From Lama glama (Eukaryota), in assembly GCA_028534125.1 (NCBI GenBank), contig CM052823.1, forward strand, positions 12,028,001 to 12,092,000: 64,000 bases of DNA, in the 5' to 3' direction. This document shows positions 23,539-31,791 of this stretch, one piece after another. The notes beneath the pieces are model-generated. The model searched no databases. It was given only the letters and a program-made list of their open reading frames with translations, and was not told where the DNA came from. The stretch's first letter is position 1. Each line of letters begins with the position of its first letter. Both the position numbers and the translations under genes were made by a program.

Positions 23539-25281
23539 CCATTCTTCTTTTCAAAGCATATTTCTGATAGAGCAACTCCTGGATTCAAAAATATTCAGCG
23601 AGTTCCTCTTGCCCTCTGACTAGTGCACACCAACTGCTCACCTTAGCATCTGTTCAAGTTTTGTGAGACGATGTTTCCACTCTTGCCCAGTAATATACAT
23701 GCTCCTTAAGGAACAAAAACTCTACACCTCTAGCACCTAACAGTGCCATGTTATTTGGCGGGCACTCAGTAAATATCTGTTCAATGAACAAATGCGTCTT
23801 CTAATACAGTCAAGTCATATTGGATAAACCTACTCGTGCCCTTCATTTCTCCTGCCTGGAAAAGCAGTTTGTGCTGTAGTGCTTTCCTAAAATGCATGTG
23901 CCTGGGACCCATCCTAGGAGACCCTGACCTATTAGGTATGGCTTTGTGGGTAGCCCCATTTGAGATGCTCGGTTCTAGAATGCCCCTTCCCCATTTCTAC
24001 AGCTCAAACATGGACCTATGTTTATTAGATATTCTCCTTCCAGAGTCATCTCCCTTCTCTTCCCCAGTCCTGTTGTACCAGATGGTTCTACCATGCCCCC
24101 AGCCTCAGCTGGTAGGAGGGGATGGGGAGAAGGGAAGAGTTACCTGAATTAGGCCAAGCCCATCAGACTATCTCCTTGAGAATCTGAGCTACTGATGGCT
24201 GGGGCAGTCTGAAGGTGGTAGGTGCTGGAAATCATAAGTTTTCTGGACTTGGTGCTGGCGGTCGTGTGTGGTCATAGGTGGGCAGAGGAAGCCAGCCTTT
24301 AGGGAAGAGAGGGGAACAGATGTGTAGAGGGAAGTAGGAAAGGCAAGGTGGTCTCAGGGGGAGAGAGACGGATGAAGAGGAAAACGACCTGAGGACTCCC
24401 TGGTTCCACGCAGCCCAGCTCTGCTGCCTGTCCCAGGCTGGCCCAGGTTCCCTCTCAGGGTAGCTTTTGCACTGGAGTCAGTTTGAAGGATCCTGTTCAG
24501 AAGGCCATCTTGCCAGGCCTGCCTCAGATTCCTCCTTGTATTTGGAAGTCCCTCAGGCCTTCTCACCTGCAGCCCTGGTTCACTCCCTCGAGCTGTTCCT
24601 CCCTCAGGAGGGATCACCGGGCTGTAAGGAACTACTCATAAATAAGCCTGTTGGTCAGATAACCAGCGATGGGGGAGAGGCAGAGAAGTATGCTGGAGAA
24701 GAAAGCACAGAACACCGAGGGATGGGGCACTCCTCTCCACAGAGGAGGAATCTGGGGTCTCAGACTGACTGGGGACTGACTAGGCTAGAACCCGGGGGCT
24801 CCCGCTCCCAGATACTTCGTGCTCTCAGCCCCTGCCCAGATGGGGCTGCAGAAATGGTCCCGTGACGTCCCCAGGCAGAAACAGGTGTTGCCCAGTGAGT
24901 TCTAGAGCACACATAGGATTCTTCTGTGAACTGGGTTTATAAAACAATGGTTTGCACCGTTCCACTTGTTTCTGTGAGACTTCTCAAGGTTTAAGGCTCA
25001 AGGGTACTTCCTGAAAGTTCAGGAAGGGAATTGAGAATGTGGCTGTTCCTCAGCGAATTTGGCTCCTGCCCCCTTTTGTCAGGGTGCCTGTCCCAGAGCT
25101 AGGGATGTGTGGAATTCTAAGGTGGAGAGGCCCCTCTAAGCTTTCAGCAGAGGTCTGGAAAGATCCCCCATTTCTGACAGCCAGGCAGCCACGTGTCCCC
25201 TGCTCTCCACATCAGGCAGGGCTGCTCCACCACTTCCTCTACAGGCTGCTACGTTCTCATATCTCCTGCTGCCCTGGTAAC

Positions 25282-25296
25282 GGGGGGGGGGGGGGG
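25282..25296. repeat. G15 homopolymer
   Basis: Direct reading. Confidence 0.9.
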
Positions 25297-27647
25297 AGAG
25301 AAGTTAAAGAACTCTGAGAATGGAAGAAACTAAAAACCACAGAGGGAAAGAGAGGTGAGCTCCCGAAAGGCAGCTTACCTCCCCACATCCACCCTCTGCT
25401 TAGGGCTTCTCATCCAAGGCTTTGCTGTGTCTTTAAGTCTTTGTTCACCTAGGATGGCTGGTTCAGACACTGGAAGCCAGGAGCCTGCATGAAAGTCTTG
25501 AGGCTGACATAGTCCTTGTGCAATAACCATGTGCTCACATCCCCTCATTTTGAGCTGTGAGGAAGAAGGAAAGGACAGGGATAGAAATATCTGTCACCTC
25601 AACTTCATGTAGAGATTTCTAGCTATGGTGTGAGTGTGCTTGGGAGAGGGAGGGCTGAGACCTGGCAATGGAAGGGGAGGATGGGAGAGGGCTATTTCTT
25701 CCTCTCCAAGGCAGCAAGGGCTTGGACAAAGGTTCCCCGGCTCCTTTGATGAGCGATTCACCACCTTCAACTGATAGGCTGATGGAGGTGTTTGCCCTAG
25801 ACCGAGCTCCCATCCTGGCTTTGCTACCAGCGCTGACCTTTAGAATCTCAGGCTCTAGAGACTTGAGATATCTAGTTGGTCTCTCTCACCTCACACCTTT
25901 TGCTCCATGACTTGGGGAAGGTCAGTCCAGGGCTCAGTAATTAAAGGGGTGGGGCTGGATGACCTCAGGCTGCCCCTGGGCCTTCACCTCTGAATCATCT
26001 CCCGAGTGGGTGGGGTTTGCCTTAGCACTGGTAAGTAAGAATGTCTGTGGTGAGCGTCCCTTCTGAAAACTTACCACCCGCCATCTTGGAGCTTTGTTAA
26101 GGGCGATGACTCTCAGATTGAATGGGGTTTCCTTATTTGGGGAAATTAAAAAATTTCAGAAGCCTTGTGGGATTTTTCTTGCCTTTGGCTAGGTTACAAG
26201 GTCCTACAAGCTGGAGGGGTTTCTGAGGGAGATCACTCTAGGCCTTCTGGCTGGTTTTTCTGCAGTTTTCAGAGAGCTCAGGCCTGTCCTCTGGTTCAGG
26301 TGGTTGGAGGGAGGGGAGCATGGGTGGCCGGTAGTACGACCTGGGCTTCTCTTCCGTAGGGGAACCTGCTGATTCGGTTACCTGGGGGTGGTGTGCAATC
26401 ACACTTTTATTTATGTCACCACCAGGGTGTCCGGTTGGACTCCCCTTTCATCGTCTCCAAAGGCAGCTGTGACAGCGGGTGGCCGATCTTTGGAGGTGCC
26501 TAAAGACTTGGAGTGGTGGTCGAGTGGCTGGCAGCGTGGCCCTGCTAGCTGTCGGTGGGGTTCTTGAGAACTCTAAGGGTGAAGGACTTGAGGCTTGTTT
26601 TCACCGGAGAGTTAGAAGCCGTCTGGGACGCTGAGCACAACCCACTGTGTGCCACACGGTTTGGCCTTCGGGGCGGGCCTCTTGCTCGTAATCTGTAATG
26701 GCCACCCTCCCTCCCGGCAGACACGCGCCGGCAGGGCAGACAGACAAGGGGAGCAGCCACCTGGGCGGGAGGCTGCGGGGTCTTTGTGCTTTTTCTCCCA
26801 GTGCGGAGGTGGGCGCTGGAGGACGGCTGGGGACAGCCCCCGGGAGTCCCGCCAGGACGCCGTAGTTGGGGAGAAGTGGAATCTCTTCTCCCCCTCGCAA
26901 GCCTCGCCCTCATCGTAATTCTTTTTATTTTTACTTTCGAGCCTTGTAAGGCATGCGGATGGGGTAGGAGCGTTCGAGCGACACGTTGCCAGCGGCGCAG
27001 CGCCCGCCCGCTCGCCCGCGTGGCCGGAGCCCCCAGGAAAGGACAGGCCGCGCGCCGCCCGCCGCACCAGACCCGCCGCCCACGGTCGCGGCCGCCCCGG
27101 GTCGCCGGGTCCACGCCGGCCATCCCCGCCCCGCCGGGCCGCAGGAAGCGAGTCCACGCGACCCAGGCCGGTCTCGGCTCTGACTGCGCCTCGGGAGCGC
27201 CCGGGCGCGGGGCGCGGGGCCGATCATGGCGCTGGGGGCGCGGGCAGGGGCCGCCCCGCCGGGTTCGCGCCCCGCGCCCCAGGCCGCCGGCATCCCGGCC
27301 CACGTTTTCCCTCTCTCCGGCTCCCTCCGCCCCCTCCGCTCCGTCCCTCCCCTCCGCTCCCCCCCTCCCCTNNNNNNNNNNNNNNNNNNNNNNNNNNNNN
27401 NNNNNNNNNNNNNNNNNNNNNNNNNNNNNNNNNNNNNNNNNNNNNNNNNNNNNNNNNNNNNNNNNNNNNNNNNNNNNNNNNNNNNNNNNNNNNNNNNNNN
27501 NNNNNNNNNNNNNNNNNNNNNNNNNNNNNNNNNNNNNNNNNNNNNNNNNNNNNNNNNNNNNNNNNNNNNNNNNNNNNNNNNNNNNNNNNNNNNNNNNNNN
27601 NNNNNNNNNNNNNNNNNNNNNNNNNNNNNNNNNNNNNNNNNNNNNNN

Positions 27648-27777
27648 GCTCGCCCCGCCGCGCCCGCGCGCCCTTAGCCGGGCCACCAAGCGATGCCCGC
27701 TGGGCGTCCGCGAAAGTTTGTCGGCTCCCGCTGAAGGGCAGCGGCGCCCCTGCGCCCCCGCGCCCCGCTCCGGCCAG
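27648..27777 (+). other. FOXN3: Non-coding exon 1 of the proximal FOXN3 transcript (5' end probably inside gap 27372-27647)
   Basis: Lies in the CpG-island core and ends at consensus donor CAG|GTGAGT (27777/27778), 3.4 kb upstream of the coding exon. Confidence 0.75.
27693..27734 (+). other. Candidate upstream ORF in FOXN3 5' UTR (MPAGRPRKFVGSR*)
   Basis: ATG 27693 (G at -3) to TGA 27732-27734 inside putative exon 1. Confidence 0.5.
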
Positions 27778-30700
27778 GTGAGTTTGCTCCCCGCTCCTGC
27801 CCGCGCTCGAGTCGGATTGGGGTGACTCGGGGCGGGGGCACTCATCCGAGGCAGTCCCGGAGGCGACCTCTCGGCTCCCGGCAGACCCGGGACTCCGCAG
27901 CTCCTGGGGAGGAGGGCCCGGGGTGGGGGGCCTGGCCAGGCGGGGAGACGAGAGCCCTCGAGCGGGGAAGTTACCCGATCCGAAGAGTTTCCTGCCCCGA
28001 CGTGCGGGCTGTTTCCCGGTGCCTCGATTTTCGAAAAGACGCTCTAAAGGAACAGAGTTGGTATTGTCCGCGGAGGACAGGATCCCCTCCGTTCCGGGCC
28101 AGGGCGAAGGGGCCGATCAAAGGGAGACCCCACGATGAGAAACAGGCTCCTAACAAAGATCCCCCCTCCCCAAACTGTGCAAGCTTGGCACGGGCAGAGA
28201 GCGTCTCCCGAGACTCTCGAGGCCCTTCCCCTCCTCACCCCGGGCCTCTTTGAAGCCCTCCTTGGGGCCTGAAGAAGTTGGGGGACCGTGGGCTTTTATT
28301 GATGTGTTTTTAAGGCTCGCCGCGGTGCGGCCAATAAAAGGTTTATGACATCTGACCGGCAGTGAAGGTATGCGAGCTCCCAATTGCCCTGTATACGGGG
28401 AGAAGAGCAGTTTCCCCGTTGCCTGGCAACGCCACTGATTGACGCGGGACGCAGCCAATCGCCGGTCCCGCAGGTCCCCTTGAAATGTTTTTGACAAGTA
28501 CAGTAGTCGGGAGTGGAGCGCGTGCGTGCGTGCGCGCGCGCGGAAGCGGAGGGTTACCCGCCCCCCCCAACTAGCAACTGCCCTGCTCCGCTTGGGGAGA
28601 ATTTCTCAACTTTTTAAAGTTCACGTTGAACATCTGCTCAGAGCTGGGCTAGTAATGTCTTTGTCAGTTATTTGGAGCCCTTCTGGTAGTGGGGCAAGAG
28701 ACTAGCTTTCCTGCTGCGTCTCCTCCGTTAAAAAGAAAAAAAGATAGCAAAACACAGCAAGTCATTAATAAAAGAAAAAAACAAAAACAAGAGGGTGTTT
28801 CTGGGGAGAACACAACCAATAGCAAACCGAAAAGTTGTAAGGAGGTCACTAGTGAATAATTATTTGCGTATCTGGTGGAGCAACCTTATTGGCAGCAGAT
28901 TTAAAATGTTTGCTGAACTGCAGACTCACATGATTCGGATTCTTACCCCCCCCCCCAAAATAAGAGGAAAAAAGATTTGGCGAATTATGTAGTTAGAGTA
29001 TAATAACGGAAAACTCCTCAGCTGTGGTTTCTGGGAACTGTTTTTTAAAATGGAACTGTACTGATCAGCAGCTCTTGACACCGCTGCTATAAAATGCGGG
29101 ATTTTTAGGGATGCATTTAACAGTTGGAGAGCATGGGGGTTACAGACACACAAAGCAGACAAGTGATCCAAGGAGGCTGAACCCCCGTAACCCTCTTTTC
29201 TTGACAGTGCTGTTTTTTTTCCTGATAAAATGATATTGCTGGCAATGTTTGTTTAAAACAAAAGAAAACATGGAGAATAGCNNNNNNNNNNNNNNNNNNN
29301 NNNNNNNNNNNNNNNNNNNNNNNNNNNNNNNNNNNNNNNNNNNNNNNNNNNNNNNNNNNNNNNNNNNNNNNNNNNNNNNNNNNNNNNNNNNNNNNNNNNN
29401 NNNNNNNNNNNNNNNNNNNNNTAAAACTTTCATCTGGAGCTAAAGTTGACTTCAGCGGCTGGGTGGCTGTTCTCTTTTGTACTCGGCTGTGGGGATATTC
29501 CTGGTTATCAGAAAATTAGGTTTTTTGATGGGATTCTTGGAAACTGAGAGAAACAAGTCTCGCTTTGATTTGCTCATAAAGAAGGTAAAAGCAGTGTCAG
29601 GTTATTTTTTAAAATGTGTCATGTGCTACTCAGGTCAGCTTCCTTACTTGACAGAAAGATGTTCCCCGTGGATGCACCTGAGGTGTCTGCACTGCCCTGC
29701 TCCGTGGCATGTTGGTGCTTGGGGAAGGTTTCTCTCCTGCGAGTTGGGCATCTCACAGCAGCTCCAGAAGCAACCCTGCAGGCCTTCTGTTTCTCAGAGT
29801 CTGTTTGTCCACCTTTTAGAGGAAGGAGAGTCTTGCTGCTTTCCAGCACCCTTGGCTGGCTGTTTAGGGCCCATGTTATGTTTTCTAGAATCTCATTCTA
29901 GAGCTTCTCCAGCTGAAGTGGCAGTTATTTTAGGCGTGGACATTGCGAGCTTTAGAATGATCATGTCTTTGCTTTCAGTGTGTTTGTTCTTTTTTCTAGA
30001 TAGACTGCTTGATCTTCTTACTCAGGGTAGGGTAGGGGATAAAACAGACAGGCTTCTTAAACAGAGCACATTGTTTGAGCGCTGCAGACCGAGAGTGGGA
30101 GACCTCTTTGAATACTGTTCTTTCTCACATCGAGCGTTCGAGGGTGGAAAGTGCTTTGTATCTGTCGGGGTCATTCTGTCTGTGGACTTGTCACCTCCCC
30201 ATTTTCTTTTCTCATCAGGTATTTGACTCCCTGTTCTAGGTCACTGATAAAAATGGGGCAGGGGCAGAATAGAGTTCTGTCTCAATTTTTATTGGATTTG
30301 CCTTCTTGTCTTAAAGCTCCTGGTTGCTCTCCTGACTTTTTTCCCCACCAATTCTAATTTCAGTTAATAGCTCGTCTTCCCATTTATTTATGTGGTGCCT
30401 GAAGTTACTCACTTTTTCATTCAGAGTGTTGTGTCCCAAGAAAATTAAATGCGCTCCCTCCTCCAGTATGAATCCAGAGAATTCCCTGGCATCACTCTTC
30501 AGACTTGCAAAATGTCATTAAAGTTGCAGAGTGTTTGCTCATGACTTGTGGAAAGAAAAATTAAATAACACACTATCAGACTGATGTTCACCATGGCCAC
30601 AGTTTTAATTCCCAGGCAGCTGTGATGGTCTTTTATGGAAACAGCCAAACTTAATCTGAAACAACTGGCCTTAAAACTTACAGGTATTTTTTTTTTTTTT

Positions 30701-31211
30701 TTGAGAAAGATAAACGGTGAGACCTGTCATTCAAAGTGACATGGGTTGTGGTTTCACTTACCTTCTGGTGTTCATTGTGAGGCTGAAAAGAATTTTTCCT
30801 GTGTACATTTTCGTGTATAATAGGTAAACTGAGGCAGCAAGCAATAACTGATTTTCCCAGGGTTACAGTGAGCACCTTCATAGATCAGGAAGAAGGCTCT
30901 GGCATTTTCCATTCTTTTTGTGATACACGTGCACATTAAGGTGCCCTGAACATTTCCAGTCTTGTATTGAAGGGGTGACAGGCCATTGTGCTATGTGCAT
31001 GGTGGGCCAACTTGACTAGTATTACCAGGGCATCTCTGGTAGAATGTGGGTTGTGTTACTCGATGTGGGAGCCAGGAGTGGGTGTTCTTAAGCAGGAGGG
31101 GGTCCATAGAGATGGTTGGAGTGGGAGGAGGCATCATAATGAGGGAGGGCACAGTTGCCTTTCTCCTTTGCCCTTCACCCTCTCATCTTTTTTCTGTCCT
31201 GTGTTTACCAG
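27778..31211 (+). other. FOXN3: FOXN3 intron 1 (proximal isoform)
   Basis: GT..AG between the donor at 27778 and the acceptor at 31211. Confidence 0.72.
28325..28580. promoter_or_regulatory. Intron 1 regulatory module: RFX X-box, 2x GACGC, 2x CCAAT, ETS core, GC box
   Basis: CCAAT 28331-28335 and 28455-28459; palindromic GTTGCCTGGCAAC 28418-28430; GACGC 28441-28445 and 28448-28452; GCGGAAG ~28540; CCCGCCCC ~28557. Confidence 0.6.
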
Positions 31212-31225
31212 GAGCCTTCACGTAA
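31180..31225 (+). other. FOXN3: Splice acceptor (AG 31210-31211) and 14-nt 5' UTR part of the FOXN3 first coding exon (31212-31225)
   Basis: Polypyrimidine tract tctcatcttttttctgtcctgtgtttacCAG followed by gagccttcacgtaaATG. The 14-nt UTR segment agrees with the human exon as recalled. Confidence 0.88.
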
Positions 31226-31768
31226 ATGGGCCCAGTCATGCCTCCCAGTAAGAAGCCAGAAAGCTCAGGAATTCGTGTCTCCAGTGGGCTGAGTCAGTGT
31301 TACCGGGGCAGTGGTTTCTCCAAGACCCTGCAGGAGGACGATGACCTCGACTTTCCTCTGCCTGACATCCGACTAGAAGAGGGGGCAATGGAAGATGAAG
31401 AGCTGACCAACCTGAACTGGCTGCACGAGAGCAAGAACTTGCTGAAGAGCTTCGGGGACNNNNNNNNNNNNNNNNNNNNNNNNNNNNNNNNNNNNNNNNN
31501 NNNNNNNNNNNNNNNNNNNNNNNNNNNNNNNNNNNNNNNNNNNNNNNNNNNNNNNNNNNNNNNNNNNNNNNNNNNNNNNNNNNNNNNNNNNNNNNNNNNN
31601 NNNNNNNNNNNNNNNNNNNNNNNNNNNNNNNCGGTNNNNNNNNNNNNNNNNNNNNNNNNNNNNNNNNNNNNNNNNNNNNNNNNNNNNNNNNNNNNNNNNN
31701 NNNNNNNNNNNNNNNNNNNNNNNNNNNNNNNNNNNNNNNNNNNNNNNNNNNNNNNNNNNNNNNNNNNN
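31226..31768 (+). CDS. FOXN3: Forkhead box protein N3 (CHES1), first coding exon; only 31226-31459 (codons 1-78) is sequenced, the rest is N
   Basis: Translation [78 protein letters not shown] matches the mammalian FOXN3 N-terminus as I recall it. The end coordinate is inferred from the human exon (181 codons). The real donor lies in the gap, somewhere between 31768 and 31789. Confidence 0.95.
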
Positions 31769-31791
31769 NNNNNNNNNNNNNNNNNNNNNNN
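31460..31791. other. Assembly gap covering the forkhead-domain part of the FOXN3 coding exon and its donor
   Basis: N run with a 4-base island cggt at 31632-31635. Confidence 0.99.

Larger units (their letters stand above)
26600..28570. promoter_or_regulatory. CpG island / proximal FOXN3 promoter, probably bidirectional
   Basis: Very high GC and CpG density compared with CpG-depleted flanks; multiple GC boxes; contains exon 1 donor. Human has a divergent FOXN3-AS1 at the equivalent promoter (recalled). Confidence 0.9.

Noticed and set aside
26545-28253. Long ORFs (up to 331 aa) on both strands of the CpG island
   Set aside because: Arg/Pro/Gly/Ala-rich products expected from stop-poor GC-rich DNA. 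Several start at non-ATG codons or read through Ns, and none has a recognisable domain.
28333-28338. AATAAA in intron 1 as a premature poly(A) signal
   Set aside because: Overlaps a CCAAT box, lies close to a strong donor (U1 protection expected), and hexamers alone are uninformative.
29477-30226. 249-codon open frame in FOXN3 intron 1
   Set aside because: Starts at TTG; Leu/Phe/Cys/Ser-rich composition typical of T-rich intron; no recognisable homology or exon structure. PhyloCSF or Ribo-seq support would be needed to reconsider.
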